64,000 bases of DNA from Escherichia coli. GTDB lineage: Bacteria > Pseudomonadota > Gammaproteobacteria > Enterobacterales > Enterobacteriaceae. The position numbers and the translations under genes were made by a program. Location of the stretch: NCBI RefSeq assembly GCF_044324875.1, contig NZ_CP172185.1; one strand, given 5' to 3'. Below are positions 36,940-46,868 of this stretch, one piece after another (within the stretch, counting starts at the first letter, position 1; every line of letters begins with the position of its first letter). Under the pieces are notes generated by a model. It was given only the letters and a program-made list of their open reading frames with translations, did no database searches and was not told the DNA's origin.

Positions 36940-38103
36940 TTATTTAAATAAGGGTTTCAGACCGCTCGGGGGTTGCTTCACCGTAGACCATTCTGCTGAA
37001 ATGGGGTTGTAACGCAGCCATTCAGTTTGCTCGTAGTGTTTTCCGTCGATTGTGGTTAATCCACTAAGTTCGTGACTGTAGAGTTGCCCGTCTGTAGTGA
37101 TATACATGTAGCCAGTTACCATGCTTTCCCTATCTAATAATTCAAAAACATCCTCTGGCTTGGGTGTTATCAGTTCACCTTCACCTAATGCATTGGTTTT
37201 AACCTTATAGAATTGATCTTTGTAATAGCCTACCGACCCGGTAAGTAAGGTAAAATATTCCGGATCAACTCCTTTAAGCGTTTCATAAACACAATCACTG
37301 CCCGCAGGCGTCGCTTCTTGTTTGAGCCTGGACACATTCTTCAAACCGATATTAAATAACGCACAACTGTGACCAATATCTTCCAACGTATAGTCATGCT
37401 CGCCGCTTTTATCGCGATAAACTAACCGTTCGCCAGGCATCCAGCGGATTATCTGAAAGGTTTTGCGATCGGCGGGCAGCGGCTTGCCATTAACAATCAC
37501 CTGCGAATTTGTCATTACAACAAATTGCAGGGATGAATCATGCCGCAGGATTTGAAACCCGTCAGCGCTGCCCAACCAGTGCCCCTTATGCCAAAGACTA
37601 TTTTTATCACGCAGTAAATTCCAGATGTCCGTCTCTTCAAGCGTTGACATATCCACCTGCTTATCACCGCTATTATCATCGGTACGCTGGCCGTCAAAAT
37701 AGATACTGCGTTTATCAGCAGCGAAAGCGCCGAATGCCTTAAAACTGGCGGCATCGACATTAGGTTCACCGGATGGATTTTTCAGGACTTTGCCTGCCCA
37801 AAGGACAGAACGTCCATCGGTGAGCCAGGTATGCTGGCAATCCCCCTCGTCATCACAGTCGAACTTATCGGGATTAAAATCGGAGAGCAGCCGGGTTTCT
37901 TGTTTATTGGCTAAATTGGCAATGCGCCAGAGGCGGGAAAAATTAACGTCTGGTAATTCGGAGAGGATCTCATCTTCTTTTCCCTTCTGTTCGGCAACGT
38001 AAACCGTGCCTTTTTCATGCTGGCGGTAATAAAAATCCGCGCCCCAGGAAGGTGAAATGGAGAGAGGTAATGCGGCGATTAATAACCAACTGCGCTTAAC
38101 CAT
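36940..38103 (-). CDS. Secreted hypothetical protein with DKNYY-like repeats (paralog B), ~387 aa
   Basis: ORF track 36940..38331; I place the start at ATG 38101-38103 where a signal peptide begins (MVKRSWLLIAALPLSISPSWGA), avoiding overlap with cycA; colinear with paralog A (WLTDGRSVLWAGKVLKNPSGEPNVDAASFKAFGAFAADKRSIYFDGQRTDDNSGDKQVDM vs WLTDGRHILWAGKIVQNPPGTPKVDVATFRAWGRFAADKDSLYFDGERTDDNRDEKQVDM). Confidence 0.75.
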   Translation of the reverse strand: MVKRSWLLIAALPLSISPSWGADFYYRQHEKGTVYVAEQKGKEDEILSELPDVNFSRLWRIANLANKQETRLLSDFNPDKFDCDDEGDCQHTWLTDGRSVLWAGKVLKNPSGEPNVDAASFKAFGAFAADKRSIYFDGQRTDDNSGDKQVDMSTLEETDIWNLLRDKNSLWHKGHWLGSADGFQILRHDSSLQFVVMTNSQVIVNGKPLPADRKTFQIIRWMPGERLVYRDKSGEHDYTLEDIGHSCALFNIGLKNVSRLKQEATPAGSDCVYETLKGVDPEYFTLLTGSVGYYKDQFYKVKTNALGEGELITPKPEDVFELLDRESMVTGYMYITTDGQLYSHELSGLTTIDGKHYEQTEWLRYNPISAEWSTVKQPPSGLKPLFK

Positions 38104-38185
38104 AGTGAACTCTGCAACGAGTGGCAAAGATTCACGGTAAGCTCGCGCCTGAGGGCTGTCTATGATGGTAGATATTTTTAAGAAT

Positions 38186-38217
38186 ATATAAAGACAAAGG
38201 CACCCGCAGGTGCCTTT
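38186..38217 (-). terminator. cycA terminator hairpin (9-bp stem AAAGGCACC / GGTGCCTTT)
   Basis: Inverted repeat 20-40 bp downstream of cycA stop on minus strand followed by T-rich tract (TTTGTCTTTATATATTCTT). Confidence 0.55.
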
Positions 38218-38236
38218 CAGAGCTATAAACGCAGCA

Positions 38237-39640
38237 TTACTTCGCCATGCGTTTTTTACCAATAAACAACCAGCCCAGCCCCAGAGCGATAAACCACAGC
38301 GGGGTAACCAGCAGCGCCTGGCGGGTATCATCTTCCAGTGTCAGCAGCACGACCACGAACACAAAGAATGCCATACATACCCAGCACATCAGCTTGCCGA
38401 GCGGCATCTTGTAGATCGACTTATCATGCAGGTGTGGACGCTGTTTGCGGTACACCAGGTACGAGCAAAGGATAATCGTCCAGACGAACATAAACAGAAT
38501 CGCGGAAACGGTTGTAATCATCGTGAACGCGCCAATCACGCTGGGATTCACATACAACATCACCACGCCGCCGAGCAGACAGATACAAGAGAAGGTCAGC
38601 CCTTTCGCGGGTACTGCGCGCTTAGAGAGTTTAGCGAACGCTTTCGGTGCCACACCTTCCTGCGCCAGACCAAACAGCATACGGCTGGTAGAGAAGACAC
38701 CGCTGTTAGCGGAAGACGCCGCAGAGGTCAGCACCACAAAGTTGATCACGCTGGCAGCCGCAGGCAAACCTACCAACACAAACAGCTCAACGAACGGGCT
38801 TTTCTCCGGGACTACCGAACTCCACGGCGTCACGGACATAATCACAATCAACGCGAAGACGTAGAACATAATGATACGGATCGGAATGGAGTTAATCGCG
38901 CGTGGCAGTGATTTCTCTGGATCTTTGGTTTCCGCAGCTGTTGTACCTACCAGCTCAATCCCCACGAAAGCGAAAACCGCTATCTGGAATCCGGCAAAGA
39001 AGCCACTTAAACCTTTCGGGAACCAGCCGCCGTCATTCCACAAATGCGCGAATGACGCTTCTACACCGGTCGGTGACTGAAAGTGCATCGCCACCATGAC
39101 CAGGCCGACGACTATCAGCGACACAATGGCGACGATTTTGATCATCGCAAACCAGAACTCCATCTCACCGAACATTTTCACGGTGGCGAGGTTGAGCGTC
39201 AGCAGCAGCACTATCACCGCCAGCGAGGCGACCCAGTCGGAGAGATCGGGGAACCAGAACTGAGCATAAGCCGTGATCGCCACCACGTCTGCCATACCGG
39301 TTACAACCCAGCAGAACCAGTAAGTCCAGCCGGTGAAATATCCTGCCCACGGCCCGAGTAAATCGGAAGCGAAGTCACTAAAAGATTTGTATTCCAGATT
39401 CGAAAGCAGCAATTCCCCCATTGCCCGCATCACGAAAAAGAGCATAAAACCAATGATCATATAAACAAAAATGATCGACGGCCCGGCAAGGCTAATCGTT
39501 TTGCCGGACCCCATAAACAACCCCGTACCAATGGCACCGCCAATGGCAATAAGCTGAATATGTCGGTTTGTGAGATTGCGCCGTAGCGACTGTTCAGCCG
39601 GAGCCTGATCATCGGCAACGACTTTTACCTGATCTACCAT
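38237..39640 (-). CDS. cycA: D-serine/D-alanine/glycine:H+ symporter (APC family)
   Basis: 467-aa ORF MVDQVKVVADDQAPAEQSLRRNLTNRHIQLIAIGGAIGTGLFMGSG... amino-acid permease signature. Confidence 0.96.
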   Translation of the reverse strand: MVDQVKVVADDQAPAEQSLRRNLTNRHIQLIAIGGAIGTGLFMGSGKTISLAGPSIIFVYMIIGFMLFFVMRAMGELLLSNLEYKSFSDFASDLLGPWAGYFTGWTYWFCWVVTGMADVVAITAYAQFWFPDLSDWVASLAVIVLLLTLNLATVKMFGEMEFWFAMIKIVAIVSLIVVGLVMVAMHFQSPTGVEASFAHLWNDGGWFPKGLSGFFAGFQIAVFAFVGIELVGTTAAETKDPEKSLPRAINSIPIRIIMFYVFALIVIMSVTPWSSVVPEKSPFVELFVLVGLPAAASVINFVVLTSAASSANSGVFSTSRMLFGLAQEGVAPKAFAKLSKRAVPAKGLTFSCICLLGGVVMLYVNPSVIGAFTMITTVSAILFMFVWTIILCSYLVYRKQRPHLHDKSIYKMPLGKLMCWVCMAFFVFVVVLLTLEDDTRQALLVTPLWFIALGLGWLFIGKKRMAK

Positions 39641-39948
39641 GTTTTTTTCTTCCTGTACCTGTCTGTGTTGTTCAGGCTCTACGGCCTTTAGTCAGTCTAT
39701 GATACGACGAATCTGTATCGGGACTCATCGATATTAGGTAACAATACGCGGGATGAATACTAAGATTTAGATCTAATGTTAATGTTATGTTTAAAGTGAG
39801 TGTCATATCACGGTGATAACGCGAAACAGCTCACAAAAATACACGCTTACGGGGTCTTTGCAACACAAAATAGCGCCGTTTGGCAAACTGAAGGGTTTAT
39901 TGCTGAATGCCTGCTCCCCTCTGGCTCGAGGGGAACAGAATGCGCTGC

Positions 39949-40569
39949 TTAGAGGATTTCCAGCAGTTCGACTTCAAACACCAGGGTGCTGAACGGAGGG
40001 ATGGACGCGCCTGCGCCACGCTCACCATATGCCAGTTCCTGCGGGATAGTCAGTTCCCATTTAGAACCTACCGGCATCAGAGTCAGCGCTTCAATCCAGC
40101 CTGGGATCACGCCGTTAACCGGGAATTCAGCTGGCTCGCCGCGAGCAACGGAGCTGTCAAACACGGTGCCGTCGATCAGTTTTCCGGTGTAATGAACACG
40201 AACGCGGTCGGTACGTGCCGGAATTGCGCCTTCGCCCTGGTTGATCACGCGGAATTGCAGGCCAGATTCGGTGCTATTCACACCTTCTTTTTTGGCGTTT
40301 TCTTCCAGGTATTTCACACCTTCAGCAGCCATCGCCTGGAAACGCTGACGACGAACGGCATCGGCGCGTTCGTGGATTTCACGCAGCGCGCGGTGCACCA
40401 CATCAACCGGAACAGCCGGATGTTTGCCTTCCAGCGCATCAGCAATGCCTGCAACCAGTGCTTCTGGCAGCAGCCCTTCCAGGCCAGATTCACTCAGTTG
40501 TTGCCCTACCTGCAAACCAATGCCGTAGCTTGCTTGCGCTTCGATGGTGTCAAAAGTTGGGGTGGTCAT
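39949..40569 (-). CDS. fklB: FKBP-type peptidyl-prolyl cis-trans isomerase
   Basis: 206-aa product [32 protein letters not shown]... from ATG 40567-40569 with AAGGAAA RBS; ORF track extends 53 codons upstream. Confidence 0.95.
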
Positions 40570-40786
40570 CGTATTTCCTTTCTTAGGGTATAAAGTAGCG
40601 GGCAGCATATCAGCCACACTTCTTTGGGTAAAACTTTGTCGCGGGAATGATGACAAATCCCGGGGAAAAAGAAACAATAGCAATATCCCGTATGAATATA
40701 ATAAAGGCGGGTTTACCACGGACATCATAGCGTTAGCTTATTCATAGGCTATGATTGAGGAACAAGACGCGGAGCAGGAGGAAACC

Positions 40787-41425
40787 ATGCCCGGGCGCTT
40801 TGAACTAAAACCAACCCTGGAGAAAGTCTGGCACGCGCCGGACAATTTTCGCTTCATGGACCCGCTGCCGCCGATGCATCGTCGGGGGATCATTATTGCC
40901 GCCATTGTATTGGTGGTCGGATTTCTGCTTCCATCTGATGATACGCCCAACGCGCCAGTGGTGACGCGTGAAGCGCAGTTAGATATTCAGTCGCAATCAC
41001 AACCGCCGACAGAAGAACAGCTGCGGGCGCAGCTAGTTACGCCACAAAATGATCCTGATCAGGTGGCCCCGGTCGCTCCAGAACCTATACAGGAAGGCCA
41101 GCCAGAAGAGCAGCCGCAAACTACCCAAACGCAACCATTCCAGCCAGATAGCGGAATTGATAATCAATGGCGCTCTTACCGTGTCGAACCCGGTAAAACG
41201 ATGGCGCAGCTGTTCCGCGACCACGGACTGCCCGCTACCGATGTCTATGCAATGGCGCAGGTAGAAGGCGCGGGTAAGCCGCTGAGTAATTTGCAAAACG
41301 GGCAGATGGTGAAAATCCGCCAGAACGCCAGCGGCGTGGTGACGGGCTTAACCATTGATACGGGGAATAATCAACAGGTCCTGTTTACCCGCCAGCCGGA
41401 TGGCAGTTTTATTCGTGCGCGGTAG
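40787..41425 (+). CDS. ytfB: OapA-domain cell-division protein YtfB
   Basis: 212-aa product [48 protein letters not shown]... (membrane anchor, Pro/Gln-rich linker, OapA C-terminus). Confidence 0.92.
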
Positions 41426-41499
41426 ATGAAGGGTCAACCAAAAGCCAGCTAAGGATTGTCTCTTTGATGACCTTACGTCTGGCTTCCAGTGCCTGAGGT

Positions 41500-41720
41500 G
41501 AAACCATACTGATATGTTGACATCCTCCACGCCCTGAAGGACGTGGATCCCTGCTACGTTCAGGCTGTCGCCTAAATCATTTCGGGGGGTTCCTGCTTCA
41601 ACGAGCGGCCTGACTGCACCATCTCTCCACAGGCAAGAACGGCGTGCCCCGCCGCTAAAATGTTACGAGCGCCATTTACATCGGCGTTCGCTGTATATCC
41701 ACATGCCTGGCATCTGAATT
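41500..41720 (-). ncRNA. Predicted omega (re)RNA of TnpB, overlapping tnpB 3' end and right end of the IS; putative guide = flank just beyond RE (about 41501-41516)
   Basis: Inference from established TnpB biology (guide RNA derived from tnpB 3' end/RE); presence of RE hairpin at 41527-41546. No transcript evidence. Confidence 0.35.
41527..41546. repeat. IS right-end subterminal hairpin
   Basis: 5-bp + 2-bp stem with single mismatch and TGAA tetraloop; near-identical copy at other end of element. Confidence 0.7.
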
Positions 41721-42768
41721 TACTTTGTGACAGGCGATTTTCTTTCGCTGTATGACCACAGCACGCGCAACGCTGGCTTGTGTACGCTGGCGGAACAGCA
41801 AGCACCTGACCGCCACGCCAGAGCTGCTTGTACTCAAGCTGGCGGCGCATTTCATACCAGCCCTGATCCAGTATCGAACGGTTTAAACCTGATTTTGCCC
41901 GGACATTGCGCCCCGGCTGGCTGACCGTACCCGCTGCTGACTTTGACATGTTGCTGACCTTCAAATCCTCAATGACTATCATTGCGTGGTTTTTGCTGAC
42001 GGTCGTTGTGACTTTGTGAAGGTAGTCCCTGCGGATATTTGCGATACAGGAATGCAGTCGCTGTATTTTGCGTTTCTGCTTCTGCCAGTTATTGCTGAAT
42101 TTGACCTTGCGGCTTAACTGTCGCTGAAGTCTCGCCAGCTTCTTCTGGTTTTTCTGAAAACTGTTTACAGGCTCAAAGACTGTGCCATCTGACAGCGTGG
42201 CGAGTTTAGCCACGCCAGCATCCAGCCCGACCATTGATGCTGAAGGGTGAACCGGAGTTGATACTTCATTTTCAGTCTGAATACTGATGTACCACTTACC
42301 GCAGGACTGGCTGACAGTGACATTTTTCACAACACCCGTGACCTGACGGCTATTCCGGTAGCGCATCCAGCCAAGTTTCGGCAGAAAAATACGGCTGTTT
42401 TCCTGATCGAGCTTAACGCCCTGCGGGTAGCGGAATGCATCATTCTGTCCCCGCTTTTTGAATCGGGGAAAAGCAGCCCGCTTCTGGAAGAAGTTTTTGT
42501 AAGCCCGCTCAAGGTCTTTCAGTGACTGTTGCAATGGCTGTGAGGGCGAATCTTTAAGCCATTGCGTTTCAGTGGCGTTTTTCCACTCAACCAGCCAGGA
42601 AGCCATTTTCCCGTAAGGGATGTATTTATTACCGGCCTCATGATTCTCATTCTGACGTGCCAGAGCACGATTGAAAACGAAACGACATGCGCCTGCGAAG
42701 CGCCTCATTTCACGCTCCTGTTGACCACCGGGTCTTAACTGGAATTTAAATGCCTGTAGTCGTTTCAC
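41572..42768 (-). CDS. tnpB: TnpB (IS605 OrfB) RNA-guided endonuclease, apparently intact
   Basis: 398-aa [39 protein letters not shown]...; RuvC-I D (MVGLDAGV), RuvC-II E (MIVIEDLKV), Zn finger CACCGH...CQACG and RuvC-III D ([10 protein letters not shown]) all present. Confidence 0.92.
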
Positions 42769-42775
42769 AGGCCAA

Positions 42776-43390
42776 ATGATACTTTGGTCTGTGAGAAAAG
42801 AAACCGATATCCGGCGTGGAAGGCATTGTGTTTTCCTGATGCATGTTCACCAGGTCTTTGTCACCAAATACCGACGTCAGATTTTTGACCATGACGCGAC
42901 AGAAAAACTACGCACTTACTTTTCAAATGTATGTGCTGATTTTGAAGCTGAACTGGTTGAAATGGATGGCGAACCAGATCACGTCCATTTGTTAATTAAC
43001 TATCCTCCCAAACTGGCGATATCCAGTCTGGTAAACAGCCTCAAAGGCGTATCGGGTAGGTTACTGCGACGAGATCGACCAGATATTGCAGTCAGGTATT
43101 ACTACAAAGGCGTTTTGTGGAGTCCTGGCTATTTTGCCAGTAGCTGCGGAGGTGCGCCAATATCCGTCATCCGCCAATACATTGAACAACAGCAAACACC
43201 TGATCAGGTGGAAAACCGCGCCTTATATCCCCGCCCTGAAGGACGGGGTTTTACGGCGCACCGGATAAACCAGGCCAAGCGTATGCTGGTTGATCAAATA
43301 ATATCCCCCAAGCGCAGCAATATTAATATTCACCTGCAATGGGTCGATATCTGGCTTAAAAATATTGTGTTTCCTCCCTTCATCCAATAA
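42776..43390 (+). CDS. tnpA: IS200-type Y1 (HuH) transposase TnpA, ORF reading through the IS left end into flanking DNA
   Basis: ORF contains KYRRQIF, HuH motif HVHLLI and catalytic-Tyr region [11 protein letters not shown]...QYIEQQ; typical TnpA ends soon after, but here no stop occurs until 43388-43390, beyond the end hairpin (which encodes [10 protein letters not shown]). Confidence 0.8.
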   Translation: MILWSVRKETDIRRGRHCVFLMHVHQVFVTKYRRQIFDHDATEKLRTYFSNVCADFEAELVEMDGEPDHVHLLINYPPKLAISSLVNSLKGVSGRLLRRDRPDIAVRYYYKGVLWSPGYFASSCGGAPISVIRQYIEQQQTPDQVENRALYPRPEGRGFTAHRINQAKRMLVDQIISPKRSNINIHLQWVDIWLKNIVFPPFIQ

Positions 43391-43483
43391 GGATTCCATT
43401 AACTGCAAGTGCGCATGATTAATTTCTAAGAGACACTGTGATTTTGCATAATGCACACCTTTACTTTGGTTTTCACTATGCAC
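43223..43483 (-). pseudogene. ytfA-like ORF, 3' end replaced by IS-end sequence (possible TetR-like C-terminal fragment)
   Basis: 86-codon frame from GTG 43481-43483 ([73 protein letters not shown]...) runs into the IS hairpin ([13 protein letters not shown]). Identity with K-12 ytfA is from position and memory only. Confidence 0.5.
43239..43258. repeat. IS left-end subterminal hairpin
   Basis: CCCCGCCCTGAAGGACGGGG, same architecture as 41527-41546. Confidence 0.7.
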
Positions 43484-43832
43484 AATTTTTAAAAACCAGG
43501 GATTAGCAATATAATAATCCCAGGTAAAATCGATGATTTTTTCAATGGCTTTTTGTGGCTGGTTAACCTGCTGATTAACAAACGCACCGATACCGACAGC
43601 GTAGAATAATTACATACCGCACAACAAGAATGTATGGTGTAAGGCGTTGTCAGTCATCTCCCTCCCTGGGTGCATCGTTATATCCGTGATGAGCGATTTT
43701 TGATATTAATATCTTTCACCATCCGCTATTTTCACTACTTCAGAAAACAAACTTATTTTTATTAATATCGATTCTTTTTCTTTGAGCATTTAACTACGAT
43801 ATTTATAAAAAAATTAAACAGGCAAAAATACA

Positions 43833-44627
43833 ATGACATTACCAACCACTATTTATTCATTTCCTGCATATTCACCCCGTTTTTCGTCCACCGACAAACC
43901 AGTAAAATTAAAATTTCATCAATACGCACGCGCTACATTACTTTCAAATCGTGGAAGAGATCATAATTGCGATGGCAGACATACTGTTGAGATCCACAAA
44001 CTAGATCTCTCAGACTGGCAAGCATTCAATAAACTAGCGATGGCGTGTAATGCTTACGATGGAATAACAATGAATGGTGATAATTCTTTTGGATGGAACC
44101 ATGAGGCTACATTAGATAATATTCACGCCCAGAAATACAATAAAGCTTACGCGGGTGCGAGGTTAACCGCAGAACTGAAATATTTATTGCAAGATGTCGA
44201 ATCCTTCGAACCCAACAGTAAATACACAATACACGAGGTTGTTTTGGGTCCAGGTTATGGTACTCCAGACTATACCGGCCAAACGATAGGATACGTTGTA
44301 ACCCTTCCTGCCCAAATGCCTAATTGCTGGTCATCTGAACTACCAACAATCGATCTTTATATCGACCAACTTCGCACTGTTACAGGCGTTTCTAATGCCC
44401 TCGGATTCATCATTGCTGCATTGCTAAACGCGTATTCTGATTTACCCCATGATTTGAAAATTGGTCTGCGTTCCTTATCAAGTTCAGCAGCAATCTACTC
44501 GGGTTTGGGTTTCGAGCGAGTGCCGCAGGACCGAGACATAAGGTGCGATCATATGCATCTAACGCCAGCAAACCATCCTGAATTATGGACACAAGAGAAT
44601 GGTGAATGGATCTACTTACGAAACTAA
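43833..44627 (+). CDS. yjfZ: Uncharacterized protein YjfZ
   Basis: 264-aa ORF MTLPTTIYSFPAYSPRFSSTDKPVKLKFHQYARATLLSNRGRDHNCDGRH...; AT-rich upstream region. Confidence 0.88.
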   Translation: MTLPTTIYSFPAYSPRFSSTDKPVKLKFHQYARATLLSNRGRDHNCDGRHTVEIHKLDLSDWQAFNKLAMACNAYDGITMNGDNSFGWNHEATLDNIHAQKYNKAYAGARLTAELKYLLQDVESFEPNSKYTIHEVVLGPGYGTPDYTGQTIGYVVTLPAQMPNCWSSELPTIDLYIDQLRTVTGVSNALGFIIAALLNAYSDLPHDLKIGLRSLSSSAAIYSGLGFERVPQDRDIRCDHMHLTPANHPELWTQENGEWIYLRN

Positions 44628-44651
44628 TACCTGACGAAAAATAGAAAGCAA

Positions 44652-44677
44652 AACGCCGACCACTGGTCGGCGTTTTT
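44652..44677. terminator. Bidirectional rho-independent terminator between yjfZ and rplI
   Basis: Hairpin AACGCCGACC-ACT-GGTCGGCGTT flanked by A-run upstream and T-run downstream. Confidence 0.7.
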
Positions 44678-44697
44678 ACGTCTCGTTGAATAACGAA

Positions 44698-45159
<462 letters not shown>

Positions 45160-45188
45160 TCAAAGTCGTATTAATGGACCGTGACCGA

Positions 45189-45735
<547 letters not shown>

Positions 45736-45741
45736 CAGAAA

Positions 45742-46155
<414 letters not shown>

Positions 46156-46463
46156 TTATTCAGCCTCCTGTCTGGGTCAGCCGAATCCCGGGGAGGCAAG
46201 GAACGTGTTAAAGGTCGGCTGAAAAATGACGCGTTATAGTACTGACATACCCCGCTAAACTCAAGGCCAGCCGACAAATAAATCTCATCTTTCACCAAAT
46301 CGTACTAACACGCTGATTTGAAGTTCATCACACTTCATCATGGTGTTTTTTTGAACAACTGCATCAGAAATGGTCACCATCAACTTCTTTATCATTGATT
46401 AAAATTAAATCAGAAGATCATCACAGAGGAGAGCACACAAAGTCAGCCGTTGAGGAGGTATCT

Positions 46464-46739
46464 ATGTTCAGTCGTGTTTTAGCCCTTCTGGCTGTGCTTT
46501 TGCTAAGTGCAAATACATGGGCAGCCATTGAAATTAATAACCACCAGGCCAGAAATATGGACGATGTGCAAAGCTTAGGCGTGATTTATATCAACCATAA
46601 CTTCGCCACTGAAAGTGAAGCACGTCAGGCATTAAATGAAGAGACAGATGCGCAGGGCGCAACGTACTACCATCCGATCCTGATACGGGAACCGGGAAGT
46701 AACGGCAATATGCACGCCAGCGCGGATATTTATCGCTAG
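46464..46739 (+). CDS. yjfY: DUF1471 (YdgH/BhsA/McbA-like) small periplasmic protein YjfY
   Basis: 91-aa product MFSRVLALLAVLLLSANTWA... from ATG 46464 with GAGGAGG RBS; ORF track extends upstream. Confidence 0.9.
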   Translation: MFSRVLALLAVLLLSANTWAAIEINNHQARNMDDVQSLGVIYINHNFATESEARQALNEETDAQGATYYHPILIREPGSNGNMHASADIYR

Positions 46740-46779
46740 CACCAGGTATAACCAACGAAACATTGCCATAGTTTGCTTT

Positions 46780-46805
46780 GCCCCCTTCGCAGGGGGCTTT
46801 TTTTT
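46780..46805. terminator. Bidirectional rho-independent terminator between yjfY and ulaF
   Basis: GCCCCC-TTCGCA-GGGGGC hairpin followed by T8. Confidence 0.75.
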
Positions 46806-46868
46806 GAAAAACGGCTGCGGAATTAGACCAGTTATCTCCCGAAGAAGGAAATTTCCGCAGCGCGTGTT

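Larger units (their letters stand above)
41517..43277 (-). mobile_element. IS200/IS605-family insertion sequence (IS605-type, divergent tnpA/tnpB), ~1.76 kb; boundaries approximate
   Basis: Contains Y1 HuH transposase gene and TnpB gene; both ends carry the same subterminal imperfect hairpin (CCACGCCCTGAAGGACGTGG at 41527-41546; CCCCGCCCTGAAGGACGGGG at 43239-43258); TCAA tetranucleotide on tnpB strand 6 nt beyond the RE hairpin (forward 41517-41520). Exact ends inferred from IS608/ISDra2 rules. Confidence 0.7.

Noticed and set aside
35380-38240. Prophage, integron or genomic-island hallmarks (integrase, tRNA, direct repeats) around the ytfE-cycA insert
   Set aside because: No integrase, tRNA gene or flanking direct repeat was found; acquisition mechanism left open rather than called a mobile island.
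38104-38331. Longer N-terminal version of DKNYY-like paralog B overlapping the cycA 3' end
   Set aside because: The signal peptide begins at Met77 of that frame (ATG 38103); the extension is Cys/Trp-rich, non-homologous to paralog A and would overlap cycA.
41348-41530. 60-aa minus-strand ORF between ytfB and the IS as an independent gene
   Set aside because: More parsimoniously the displaced 3' portion of the ytfA-like ORF split by the IS (see finding); as a standalone gene it has no start context and overlaps ytfB's 3' end.
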